A stretch of 64,000 nucleotides of DNA. Origin: Cystobasidiomycetes sp. EMM_F5. Taxonomy: Eukaryota. Positions within the stretch are counted from its first letter, which is position 1. The number at the start of each line of letters is the position of its first letter. The stretch is from NCBI GenBank assembly GCA_051047955.1, contig JBPGPT010000013.1:372001-436000 (forward strand), written 5' to 3'. The notes beneath the pieces were generated by a model, which worked only from the letters and a program-made list of their open reading frames with translations, was not told the DNA's origin and made no database searches. Both the position numbers and the translations under genes were made by a program. Below, one piece after another: positions 24,766-37,316 of this stretch.

Positions 24766-27389
24766 ATGTCGGGCCATCGAAACACCTCATCAACGTCAAT
24801 ATCCCCCCGCCTGTACTCGCGACACTTTTCATCAGCCAAAACGTTCATCATACAGGACAGCAGTACATCGTCCTACGCGCAGCAACACCTTGCACAGCCA
24901 TCGACACTGACGTCTGCAACAACGTCGGCCGTAGAGAGCGCAAATGCTGGGCATGCAGGACACGCGCACAAGAGATCCAACAGCGGAGTCGTAAAGGAGA
25001 GTACCCTCATGGCAAGACGACCGTCCATTGTTCGCGGACTCGGCAGTACTCTACACTCGCCAAACACGCTCGTACCATCCAATCTGCACCCGTCTTCCGC
25101 CTCCGAGACATACACTCCAAGTGTACATGCACACGCACCCACCTACACTCCAGGTCCTACTACAGACAATGACTGCCCACACCAAAAAGCCAGAGACCAG
25201 TCCTGGACGTCTGTCAACAGCGCAATTGGCATATCCGACTACTTTCCCACCGTATCATCGACACCTCTGCTAAGCCGAGCGTTTTCAGCCCCAGGTAGTA
25301 CCACAAAGCGCGGTCATCGTAAAGGCCAATCCTCCCTCTCCAACTTTATCGGACTCGGATCCTACAAGTCGCCTACTGCCGCCAAGTTTGCAGCACGGCA
25401 TACATCGCGACGCACCCGTCGTCTAGTCGCAATCGCTCTCGTCGCATGTATTGTGTTGGGCATTCACTTCTATCGTACATCGACCGCTCGATCTGCTCAG
25501 CTTGCCGCAGATATCGGGGTAGAGCATTATGAGTGGCCCGAACAAGCGAGATCGGCAGGCTATGTCCAAGACATCAACAGGGCAGCCAGAGTGACTGCAT
25601 CCAACACAAAACAACGGCAGAATATATGGCAACGGATATTTACATCTCCTCTAGCCAACGAGACGCCTCGAGAGACGGAAGCGATGGCGGAGAATGAGAT
25701 CAGCCACGCTGCGGGTACACAGCATACGGTGCATCCCAACGGACTGCTTCTCGTCAATCCTCACGGCCGTCATCCCATTCATCAGCTTATAGACTCTGCC
25801 GAGCACAAATGGAACAACTTGCTCAGATCGCAAAGCACGACACTTGGAGCAGCCGTCGAAGAATACAAGCAACGGTATCGCCGTAACCCGCCACGAGGAT
25901 TCGAGCACTGGTGGACCTTTGCAAAAGCCAACAATATCGATATCGTTGATGAATATGATCAGATTTCGAGAGATATGGAACCGTACTGGGCGCTCGAGCC
26001 AGTCGATATGCGGCACCGGAACAAAGTCATGCAGGACCGTGAACATACATTCACGTTGTCCATCACAAACGGTTATGTCACACGCCATGGAGATCCGAAG
26101 CATGCGGATATCAGAAGAGCGAAAGATATGCAAGCCCTCCTACAAACGTTTGCGAAATGGATACCTGGACAGGTCAATATGACTTTTGTCATTGACGACA
26201 ATCCAGCCGTCATGATGAGCTATCATCAAAAGGACAGAATGCTAGAACTGGCGAGACAGGGTGAATGTGAGTACTTGAATGAGGCTACTCTACCAACACA
26301 CGGCACAGAGCTGACACAGCGCCTTTCTCGCCTTCTATAGACTGGGGCCCAAGCGACTTTGTCCCGCCCCCGGAAGATGGACTGTCCAACTTTGCCAACG
26401 CCTGCCCACCAAATTCCGCCATCCGACACAGCGAGACAACCGGAGAGGGCTCAGTCTCGGCAGCCGCCGACGGGACTCGTTCATTTATTCACGACCACAA
26501 GCAGGCTGTTGACATCTGCAGCCATCCAGAGTTCCGCAAGCTGCACGGTCACACTGCCGGCCAAGGTCTTCCCCTCACTCCGCTCGTCCCGCTCTTCACG
26601 TGGGCCAAGACGCAACTTAACAATGATATACTTGTCACTCCACTTGAGCAGTACGATGACGACTATCTTGTATTCGACCCGCCGTTCGAGGAAAAGTCCA
26701 GGAATCAGCTTCTCTGGCGTGGTTCTACTACCGGTACTGAGTTTCGTGTGGGATACGATTGGGAAGCTTCCCAACGCTCCCGTCTGCACTTTATGTCCGT
26801 CGAAAATGCCGGTTCGAAAGAGGTCATGTGGTCAGACCACGGCTCGTTGGCCTTTGCCAATATTTCCAAGCGCGACTTGAACGAAAAGTATCTCGACACG
26901 CGCTTCTCTGGCGGTCCTGTACAATGCGACGAAGAAACGTGTGCCATCATGTCACAGAAGATTGACTTTGCATCAACGATGGGTCTCGAGCAGCAGAATG
27001 AGTACCGGTACCTCATGGATGTCGACGGGAATGGCTGGTCTGGCCGTTTCCATCGCTTAATGTCGACCAATGCTGTCGTACTCAAGAGTACCGTCTTCCC
27101 AGAGTGGTACGCTGATCGAATCGTTCCTTGGGTACACTATGTACCTATCAAGGTCGACTATTCCGACTTGTACGACGTTATGGCCTTCTTCAATGGCAAA
27201 CCCGATGGGACGGGCGCACATACCGAGATGGCGAAAAGAATCGGCGAAGCTGGCCGTGACTTTGCGAAAAAGCACTGGCGACGTGTCGATATGGCGTCCT
27301 ACATGTTCCGACTCGTGCTAGAGTATGCCCGACTTCTCCAGCAGGATATGGGCGAAGACGTAGATTACCTCGCTCATATTCGTTACTAG
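24766..27389 (+). CDS. Glycosyltransferase family 90, CAP10/Cxt1-like (putative xylosyltransferase)
   Basis: Type II TM segment, HPIHQLI, AVEEYKQRYRRNPPRGFEHWW, DEYDQI, LLWRGSTTG and YRYLMDVDGNGWSGRFHRLM...PWVHYVP. Intron 26267-26340. Confidence 0.92.
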
Positions 27390-27613
27390 ATGAGTAGATT
27401 ACCGGCAATTTCAGATGAATTGCGTTCGTGACATTGCAGTAGATTACCTCTTGCAGTTTCTGTTTGTCGATATTGTCGTTGTAGAAAGCTAGACGCCCTG
27501 AGCGGTAGAGTAGAATAGATCGAGTCCGAAAAAGTTGCGAATCGTACATCATATAGGAGGACTGAGCACGTTTTGGCCAGCAAGTCTCCTGAATCCTAAC
27601 ATTGAAAGATGCA

Positions 27614-28752
27614 TCATCGACTGCCCGTAGAGCTGCTTGTAGATCGTCGATGCATAGCATTTGATTTCGGGGATAGCGGTTTTGTTGCCAGCGTGATCCA
27701 CGGTGTGACGACCCCATCAAATCCTACAGCTTTATACTTTGTCATGACTTCCTCAAACATGGACTCCTCCATCTCTTGTGCCATGTCTGGCGGGGTGTCT
27801 GGCTGATCTAGCAGTCTGTGTATGGCCATGCGAACCAAGCTCGCTGAGACTGCTTCAAAGTCACCCTCATCGCCATCTGTAGGTATTTCTACACTGTTCA
27901 CGCTGATATTGTAAAAGCCGTGTTTTTCGAGTTTCTAGTGGTCGTATGGGTGAGACAAGTCGGTTGTGGCAAAGACACATGACTCACAGATACAATGTAA
28001 TCTGAATGCCTCCAACCTGCTGAGGGGAAGAGAGCTAGCGGCTCGACATCTGAATGTTGATCCGCCGAGTCGACTTTCCAGCCTAACGATTTCCAGGTGG
28101 AGAAGATGGCCAAACCACCGGGGCGAAGTACTCTGAATATCTCTAACGGAACACTTGCTTCAGACTACGATTGACAATGCTCTCTGACTAAGGGACCACC
28201 AACGCACCTGTGACCGCCTTATCATCATCGTTGCAGAAGGCCATTGCGAAATTGGTAAAGCAGTGCGTGAAGGTGGAGGATGGGAGCGGCAGGCGCTGGG
28301 ATTACATCGGATTGAGGGGATTAAGAGTAGAATTAGCTACGTTTGCACAAAGCGTCGAAACAAAGGCTTACGACCATGTCGGACATGGGCACGACATCCA
28401 GCGTAATATTGGCGTGCCCGTCTCTTAGGCTCGACAAGTGTTCTCCGACTTGACGAGTGGTAAGACCCAGTCGTTCTGCAAACATGATATCGCCTGCGGT
28501 GATGTGCACTCTGCAGTCAGATTGCTTTGCATGTGTGATAATCTTTTGCGATATGGGCGCGAGGACACAGACGTTTTCGAGGATAGACAGGGGAGTGGAA
28601 GAGGGAGACGATGTGAGATTGTGGGAGGAATCCTGCAGAGTCTGTATTATGCCAGAGTGCTCGACCATGAGATTGGCAATGACGGCTGCCGTTCTATCGC
28701 GGACTCTGCGCGCTTGGATAGCTTCTGCGTCGTCTGGGACAGGTCCAGTCAT
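27614..28752 (-). CDS. Class I SAM-dependent methyltransferase-like protein with atypical motif I
   Basis: Spliced exons give LPLPSSTFTHCFTNF (motif II) and EIFRVLRPGGLAIFSTW (motif III). The motif I position reads ILENVCVLAPIS. Confidence 0.7.
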
Positions 28753-28961
28753 GTTTACAGTGTTAGCAAGGTGTTGGGAGCAGAGGAAAGATGCAAATCT
28801 TTGCATTCTTGACGTTCAGAACCAACTGATCAAGCAACAATTTGGACATCTTCAAAGCCATTCCGCCCTTCGAAGTGCACCAACTTGCGATAATATAGCC
28901 TGACACCTGCTGCGAATAATCCTGCTCCCTGCCGTCGCAATCAGCCTCGCCGTCTGCAATT

Positions 28962-30431
28962 ATGAGACCAATTCTGCTGTCTGGGCACGAAAGGTCGCTC
29001 ACTCAGGTAGGCCAATGCAGAAGTGCTCGGGGTTATTGTAAAGGCTCATAATGGACTACCCATCAGATAATGTACAATGCCCCAGACGGCGACCTGCTCA
29101 TTTCATGCAAGTTGCAACGACGCCTGGCCGATAATTTTCAATATCTGAACATGTATAAATGCTAAACATCAACAGGCTCAAAGGATCACATCGTGAATCT
29201 GTGGTACAGCAGTTCGGGAGAGAGAGTGGTGTGTTGGCCTCGTCAAATGGACAGCCCTGGTGTAATTTCTGAATGGTCCTTTTGTGGTTTGCAGGGAACA
29301 TATCACGGCCATAACGGAACAGTATGGACGTGCGCAATAGACACTACCTCCAGCTACCTCGTCACCGGATCAGCAGACAATACCATTCGAGTGTTTAGCG
29401 TGAGGACGGGCGAGTGTCTCAAGGTCTGGGAGGTGCCGACAGCCATCAAGCGAGTAGCATTCAGCGAGGACGATTCCAAGATTCTCGCGTGCACCGAGCA
29501 ACGTATGGGGCATAAAGGAACGATACACATCTACGACATTCCAACCTTCTCCGAATCAGCGTCCTTTGCAGACGAACCGAGCATGATTATCGACTGCTCA
29601 GCATCGAAAGCGACAGTGGCCATCTGGAGTGCGCTCGACCAATGGATCATCTCTGCACACGAAGACGGCAGTGTGTGCCAGTGGGATCCAAAGAGTGGCG
29701 ATCTCAACTACCAGATCAAGGGCGTGCACGAGGGGACAGTCATGGACATGCAAAAGAGTGCAGATGGGACGTACATTGTGACTGCGAGCAGAGACAAGAC
29801 ATCAAAGGTGGGAATGGTTATTTATCTGTCTACGGCGAGCGCATCTCACGATTCGCTTTTTATTCTCGTTCGTCATCTGTCGCAAACACTTGCAGCTGAT
29901 TGACTGCGAGTCCCTCGAGATTATCAAAGCGTACATCACCCACACACCACTCAACAGCGCGTCTATTTTACCCGGAAAGCCATACGTGGGTCCTTCAGGC
30001 CTGGGAAATGTATCACTTCTGACTTGATACTTCTGTAGATCCTGCTCGGCGGAGGCCAAGATGCCATGAATGTGACTACAACTGGAGCGAGACAAGGGCA
30101 GTTTGAGATTCGCTTCTGGCATAGGTGGGACCAATAAAAGGGAAAAAGGAAGTTTTGATTGATACTGAAATCTCTCGCAGGGTGTTTGAAGAGGAATTGG
30201 CGCGTGTCAAGGGAGGTTTCGGTCCATGCAATACGTAGGTCGTGACTAGCCGTGCGTCAGATCGGGCCGAAGTGACTGACGACGGCATTTATACACTTCA
30301 GCATCGCCTGTCACCCAAAGGGGACAGGCTACGCTATCGGCGGAGAGGATGGCTACGTTCGCCTGCACCAATTCGATGACGATTTTGCGCGGCAAAAACC
30401 ATATGGTCCCGACATGGAGAGCGAGGATTGA
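28962..30431 (+). CDS. TIF34: Translation initiation factor 3 subunit I (WD40)
   Basis: [66 protein letters not shown] and [13 protein letters not shown]. Confidence 0.97.
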
Positions 30432-30590
30432 ATTGGAGGTTGCCGTAAATGATCTTTGGACAGGCGTTTGGAAAGCGGGACTGACACGGCGCGAGGACGA
30501 GATTGTGACTGGCGTTGTAAGAGGATGTGATAGTAGAGCAGTTGCGCATTCATTTGCATCTTGGCTATTGACCATCCAAACGACCCAACA

Positions 30591-32465
30591 ATGCAGAACT
30601 CCTCGCCCAACCCGGCCAACGGGAGCCAGGGCATCCACAACCTGGGGACTCTGCTCAAGAGGTGCGACAGTGCCAACGATGAGCTCAGAGTGCCGTATTT
30701 GATATTATATTCACGACCAGACTCGAAGCCGCGACATCGAGGCTCGAGGATATCGCCCTCGCCCAGCAGTCGGCGGGGACTGTAGCCGCTCAGCTGGGGT
30801 CTGTCCAGCCAGCCATTGCCATTCCAGGAGGAGGAGCTGCTTCAACGCCGTCACCCCCGCCAGCACCTCCAGCAGCTATACCGCCCGCTCCAGACTCGCA
30901 GGCAGTCGGCGCATTCCGCCAGCTCATAGATGGACCTCTCAAGGCGTATGTTGATGCCTCGCAGGAGCTGGGGGATCTCGTAGCGAAGCAGGTGAGGAGC
31001 CCGGAAAGCGCGTCATTGCGGAGGCAATTGGACGGTATATCGGCCTGGAGCGCAATCCTGATGCATGCTGTATGGCTACAGGCTACCCTCGTACAATCGC
31101 TATTCAATGCCCAGCTTGAATTCCTTCGAGCAGCCTCGTCGTGCAAGAAGATATCGACGTCCGACCCATCATACATGCCATTACTTAAGCCAACCCAAGA
31201 AGCGCTCATGGCAGTCGTCGAAGTGAAGGAGAAGAACCGCGGTAGCAAGCAGATCAACCATCTGTCCGAAGTATCCGAGGGCATACCCGCTCTCGGCTGG
31301 GTGACTGTAGAAAAGACGCCCGGACCATTCGTAAACGAGATGAAGGACGCCGCGCAGTTCTACGCCAATAGAGTCGTCAAGGAGTTCAAGGAGAGGTGGG
31401 TGAATGACAGCTGTTGTTTAACTCATGAGAGGCTAACTTGCGGACCTGTCGCCAGCGACCCAAAACAAATCGCATGGGCCAGAGGTTTTGTTGCATTGCT
31501 CGATGAGCTTCGAAAGTATGTGCTGGCGCACCACACAACAGGACTAATGTGGAATCCAAAGGTATACTACTGTACACTCTTTCTACGCTGACAATGGCTC
31601 ACGAAGAATGTACACTTGGCAGGGTCAAGACGTGTCCTCTTACTTGTCTTCTGGCTCATCGTCTAGTTCGTCGATACCTTCCCCACCTACAGCACCCGCG
31701 GCACCTGGCCCGCCTGGACCACCGCCTCCGCCTTCGGCACCGGGTGCCGTATCTGCTCCGACGGCACCAAAGTCAAAAGCAGCTGCAGGTGATATGAGTG
31801 CCGTGTTTGGAGACTTGAACAAGGGAGGCGATGTCACCAAGGGATTGCGAAAGGTAGACAAGAGCGAAATGACGCACAAGAACCCGTCACTTCGGTCGAG
31901 TTCTGTTGTGGCTGCGACCGACTCTGCATCACCCTCTGCGCCCTCCATCCCCAAGAAACCGACTGCTCTGGCCAAGAAGCCCGCAAAGAAGGAGCTGGAT
32001 GGGACCAAGTGGACCGTCGAGAACTTTGAGAATGATCGTGAGATTGTCATTGACAATACCGAGATTTCTCACACGATCAATGTGTTTTCGTGCAAGAACA
32101 GCGTCATTCAGATCAAGGGTAAAGTGAATGCCGTTACTCTTGTCGGATGCACAAAGACGTCGATCCTGCTCGACAGTACCGTCTCTTCCCTGTCACTCAC
32201 CAACTGCCCTAGCTTTGCGGTGCAGATTCTTGGGGTGGTTCCGATCATCATGGTCGACTCTACAGACGGCGGCCAGATCTACCTCTCGAAAGCGTCTGCC
32301 GGAGTGGAGCTGATTACGTCCAAGACTTCGGGACTGAACGTGTCTGTCCCCAAGGCGGGAGGGGAGGAGGGAGATTACGACGAGCGACCTGTTCCGGAGC
32401 AGATGAAGACGACGATTGCGTCGGATGGCCGACTCAAGACGGAGATTGTGGAGCATGCCGGATGA
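30591..32465 (+). CDS. SRV2: Adenylyl cyclase-associated protein (CAP/Srv2)
   Basis: LGTLLKRLEAATSRLED, NHLSEVSEGIPALGWV, AQFYANRV, a polyproline tract, TKGLRKVDKSEMTHKNP, the CARP beta-helix and the end IVEHAG*. Confidence 0.97.
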
Positions 32466-32474
32466 GAGTGGCAA

Positions 32475-32518
32475 GACATATCTGGCATATCTGGCATATC
32501 AGGCATATCACGGCACGG
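32475..32518 (+). repeat. Short 9-bp tandem repeat (GGCATATCT-like, about 4 copies) just after the CAP stop codon
   Basis: gacatatct ggcatatct ggcatatca ggcatatca cggcac. Confidence 0.8.
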
Positions 32519-32678
32519 CGCCCTGGGTTGTCTGCTAGAATAGCCTGCAAAGAAATGAAAGCGCAGCATATTAAAGGCTCGACTGTGTGCTTTGCTGTTT
32601 ATATTTGCGACTTGCCTGTTTGTCTTTGCCGTTTGTGATCCGCAGAAGACAGGTTGTGCTCCGGACGACAGGACAAGA

Positions 32679-32735
32679 ACGAGGATATCGACGACATCAA
32701 CGAGGACATCAACGAGGATATCAACGATATCGACA
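32679..32735 (+). repeat. Degenerate 12-bp tandem repeat (AACGAGGAYATC, about 4-5 copies) upstream of the UBC6 ATG
   Basis: aacgaggatatc gacgacatc aacgaggacatc aacgaggatatc aacgatatc. Confidence 0.75.
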
Positions 32736-32748
32736 CCCAACACCAAAC

Positions 32749-33985
32749 ATGACCACTGCCACGTCAAAGGCAGCCTACTCGCAGCGGTCATCTGGCGTCA
32801 AGCGGCTCCAGGCAGAGCTGCGAGAGCTGAGCAACCCAGACCCGAGCATACAGGCTGCCCCCGTCGCCGACAACCTCTTCGACTGGCACTTCACCATACG
32901 CTTTGCAGACGACGAGGGCGCAGCCGAGTTCGCCGGGGGTGTCTACCATGGACGGATACTGGTGGGCTGTACATTGGCTGGCTTGAATGATGTACCAGAC
33001 TCATCTCGTTATAACCTCGCAGCTCCCTGCAAACTATCCCTTCGCCCCGCCAGATATAACCCTACTTACCCCAAACGGCCGATTCGAGCTAAACAAGAAG
33101 ATATGCCTCACCATCACCGGGTACCATCAAGAGTCGTGGCAGCCAGCCTGGGGAATCCGGACAGCATTGACGGCACTCCTCAGCTTCTTCCAGACCGAAG
33201 CAAAGGGAGCGATAGGTGGCTTGGACACTTCGCCGAGCGAGAGGAAACGACTGGCTGTACTCAGCAAGGAATGGTGCTGCCCGACGTGTGGAGTGAAGAA
33301 TGCCGAGTTGCTTCCACCGCCGCAAGAAACGACAACGGCGGAAACGCCAACTGAACCATCAGACCAGCCTTCAGACGACACAACGGACGCAACGCCTGCT
33401 TCATCAGTAGAGACCGTCAAATTGTCATCCATGACAATGAGTGAACCCACAGACGAAAGCGCCGCTGCTCTGTGTGCCTCCCCTCCGCAATCACGAGCTT
33501 CGGCCATACCAAACATCTCCTATCATGCACCTTCTCCTACACCTCCGACAACAGCAAGCGGATCCGGAACGCCTGTACAACTGCAAGATCGGATGGCTCG
33601 GGCTCAGGGCAAGCAGGCTCAGCTCAAGATGGTCGAAATGTTGACGCGAGGCTTGAATCTCAAGAATGATACATCACAATGTACAGATGCCAGCGGAAAT
33701 CAACAGCCCTTCAGTAATGCAAACATAAATTCAGTCGCCGACCATTCTTCGTCACCTGCCGCCACAGCAGGCTTGTCTACTGCGCCGCAAGTCGTGTCCC
33801 TGGCTTCAATGGGTCAAGCCGTGCCTTCGCAAGATGAGACCCAGAGTCCAGTGTCCCTGCCGCGGCCGACTACAACGAGCATGGTGCTTCAAACAACAGC
33901 ATCGACACCACCCGTTTGGCTGGATGGGATGATTGGTCTTGTTCTCGTGGCTATTGCCAGCCTCTTGTGCAGGAAAATGCTTTGA
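32749..33985 (+). CDS. UBC6: ER tail-anchored ubiquitin-conjugating enzyme (Ubc6/UBE2J1 type)
   Basis: VKRLQAELREL, NLFDWHFTI, GGVYHGRI, YPFAPP, TPNGRFELNKKICLTITGYHQESWQPAWGIRTAL and a C-terminal TM helix. Confidence 0.93.
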
Positions 33986-34259
33986 CGGCTCGCCAGAAGG
34001 AACTGGGGCATAATTTAATTTAAATATGTAGCAATTTCTATACCCAAGTCCGTAAGAGGTATTTAGTAGTGTGCAAGTAATTTTGGTTGTACATTCCAGT
34101 CGGTGTAGCGGATTAGTCATGCGGGATTGCAACGTCGTGAACGTAGACTTTAGCAAAACAACACAAACGAGTGAAAGAGTACTGCTGATCCTACTGCAAC
34201 TATTGCGATACTGCAAGATGGAATTACGATGACATCGTGGTCGTGTCACACTGGCAACG

Positions 34260-35261
34260 TCACGCTTTGCCCGCATCTTCGGCCTCAGCTTTCAACCTCC
34301 TATCCCTCCGTAATTTGACATCGTGGTTGTATAATCTCGCGACGTTGACTTCGGCCGTCGTAATCTGTTCCCGCAAGAACAGCAAATCAGACTTTGTATT
34401 GGCCACCGTCGTTTCTGCGCTGTCTAGCTTTTCCTGCAGCAATTTGGCAGCTTCTGCCGGCGGATATGCTAACATCGTATTTGCCTGGAGGACGTAAACA
34501 CAATCTCAGCGTGCTTTTGTGTAGGGTGCGTGTTTTCAATGACATACCCCTAGCCAAAGGTATACCTCCTCAACCGGTTCTATTGTCGCTTTGGCGAAAA
34601 GGGTATCAGTCAACTCGAAATGAGTCGTCAAAGCTTCTTCCTCGTCCTGTGAGACGTAGTGGGGTGAAGGATCAGCAAGGGGCAGCTTTACGTTTCCAAG
34701 CAATCTGAAACCCAATCTAGCTCGCCTTTTTCGCTTGCAGTAACGCAAGCACTCCGAGTGTATTCTTGAGCTCAGGAATCTTATCCTCGAGCGATGCCTT
34801 CTTGGATGCGAATGTCTTTTCCATAAATCTGTATTTGCTGTATGAGACATATCCATGCAAAAAGAGACAAACGTCAGGTAGATAGACATGTTGACGCAGG
34901 GAATGAATTCAACGCACGCCAGCACTTCGTTCAGTTTCGCCAGCTCTGGTTCAGCTTCGACATCTGGACCTCCTAGAAACGCTTCTAGGTCTTCCTGTGA
35001 ACGATATGAAGTTACGTTGGAACATCGAGGAAGCGAGATAGCTCGTCAGCAGTATCCTAAACAGTATTTGGCGTCAAGTGCCAGATGGCAGCGGCATTTG
35101 CTATCCAACCATCCAATATCGACACACCAACTGAGCGATGAACGCACAATAAAGACAGCTTTCGGTATTCCGCGAGGATTCACGGCGACCTGGCCATTCG
35201 CTGCATCGCTGGACGATGTGGAGGCAGTAGGCGCATCTTGCGCAGGCAGCTTGGCAGACAT
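34260..35261 (-). CDS. PAC10: Prefoldin subunit 3
   Basis: NPRGIPKAVFI, TTHFELTDTLFAKA, VYLWLGANTMLAYP and FLREQITTAEVNVARLYN. Several introns. Confidence 0.95.
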
Positions 35262-35461
35262 GATGATTGGGGACAAGCTGATGTTGCGGAACAACAAGCA
35301 TAAACTGATGACAACAAGAATACTTTGATTACATGGCGTTCTTCAACCTCATCTCATGTGAGCATGTGAGCATGTGAGAGGCAACTGGGCTATTACACCA
35401 GCGTTGCTTGGACAGGTGCACCCTGTTCTTGCGTAGACCCAATACCGTTTGCGAGCCGCAT

Positions 35462-36960
35462 TCACTCATTTGTGCTCTCCACTGCTTTTTCCTTCTCCGT
35501 AGTTGCCTGCTCAACAGTATCGGCTTTCTTGAGCTCCGCCTTTGCTTTCCTCGGTCGACCCCACTGCACTCCCACTTCCTGCTCGCCAAAGCTGACTTTG
35601 ACACCTTTTCCGTTTCGAATACTGCTTTCTGGGGCAATGTTGCGCATAGCAAGCTTTTGCGCAGCGTCCTCTGCAACTTCGCGTGTTTTGAAGTTGACAA
35701 ATGCACAATTGTTAGCGGAGACGGGTACAATCGATTTGACGCCTTCTGGTCCCGACGACAATAATCGAGCAATAAAGCTTCGCAAAGCAGCATCCGTGTT
35801 CTGCTCGGACGGGACTGTGGTGAGGTAGAGCGATGTGATAGTTGTGTCGGAAGGAGGCGCCAGACCGGTAGACGTGGCTATAGAGGTTAGCATCCGCCGC
35901 GCTACGGGGTCGTTAGTACCATGGTCTGTAACACGATCATATCAAGTCAGCATGAGCAGCGTACTTTATGTCCTGGCCGACGTTACGTACATCGATCCTG
36001 GATATTCTGCTTTTGCAAGCCATTGTCCTTTGGCAGTTCGTGCCTATACGGGCAAGCATCACCTCTATTGCATTCACCCTTGGCGAAGAAGGAGCAGAAA
36101 TGCGGCTTGTTGCGATTATAGCTTGGATGTTGCCTCGCCAGCTTTTTCAGCATCTCTCTCGCCGCCGGATCCGCTCTGCCGAAATTGACAGCTCCTCCGC
36201 TCGCTCCGCCTCCTGATGTGTTGTCTTCCACGCCATTCTCTATCGCTGCTTCTATGTTCTGCGCGTAAAACTCGCGATTGATGGCGCTCGTTGGTGCCTT
36301 CTGCGTTACTCCTAGCGCAGTATCTCGCACTTGCGTCGGTAAGCCGAATTGTAAATCCAGCAGACACGTCTGGCATACGTTGCGGGATTTGGCGCATGTT
36401 TGGCATATTTCAGTCTTTTTGAACCGGGCAACCGAACCAGGCTGCCATCTGAAAACGGTGAATGGGCGAGTGCAGATCTTGCATTCGGCGCCGAGCGTTT
36501 GCTTGGTCTGTAAATACGAGATTAGCGATTGAGGTTGATGCATGAGCCGTACTGTCGATACATACCATCCGAACATACTGCGAGAGGTATCAGTCAGCAC
36601 AGATATTCGGAAACGCATAGAAAGGCCGTACGCACAGGATTTGGGCCCAAGCAGGTCTCGCAGAGTATTGGGAATTCCTAATGCGTCCATCAAGCTGTCA
36701 GCTGCTATTATCTGCATTTAAATGGCAAGCTTGACTTGAACATACAGCATCTTCTCCGGACGCCTCTGAGAGCGACAACAGCGCAAGCGAGTGTCAGTCT
36801 TCGTATAGTCGTCTTCTAGTGGTGCCCATGTCCCAATCGTAGTGTTACTCACTGTTGATGTCGCCTGGAAAACGGTTCCCAATATCAGCCAACATTCCGA
36901 CAAGCCTGTTGAATAGCCCGACAAGGGCAACTCACGTCGACCAGTGACTCCTCGCGACAT
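35462..36960 (-). CDS. SLT11: Pre-mRNA splicing factor Slt11/Ecm2 (RBM22)
   Basis: Spliced start [47 protein letters not shown], a CCCH finger [31 protein letters not shown] and an RRM with CAFVNF. Confidence 0.95.
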
Positions 36961-37316
36961 CCTTGGAGAGGTTCCAATAGGCTCCCTACAGGACTACTTG
37001 ATGGCCCAGCGTCAGTTGGCTGCTGGACAACGTGGTGGGCAAGGGTCAAACCAAGTGAAGGGAGACCAAACCGGGCTTTGCAAGTTGCGCAAAGGATTCA
37101 ATCCCGTGAACATACGGATATCGAACCTGTCACTTCGATTGCGTGTATGCTACTATATGTGCAGAAGGTCACAACGGTTTTTTTTGTGATGGAGAAAGTG
37201 GAGAATAATTTTGTATGCGAGAAATGTATATGTCTCCCTCGGAACCGTTCAAAAGTATTTGCCCGTCTCCTGAGTATGGGCGAATCTCTTTGTGCGGTGT
37301 GGCCTTGACCCGATTG

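Noticed and set aside
32475..32735. Repeats considered as a CRISPR-like array
   Set aside because: Units are 9-12 bp with no unique spacers, the context is eukaryotic, and there are no cas genes.
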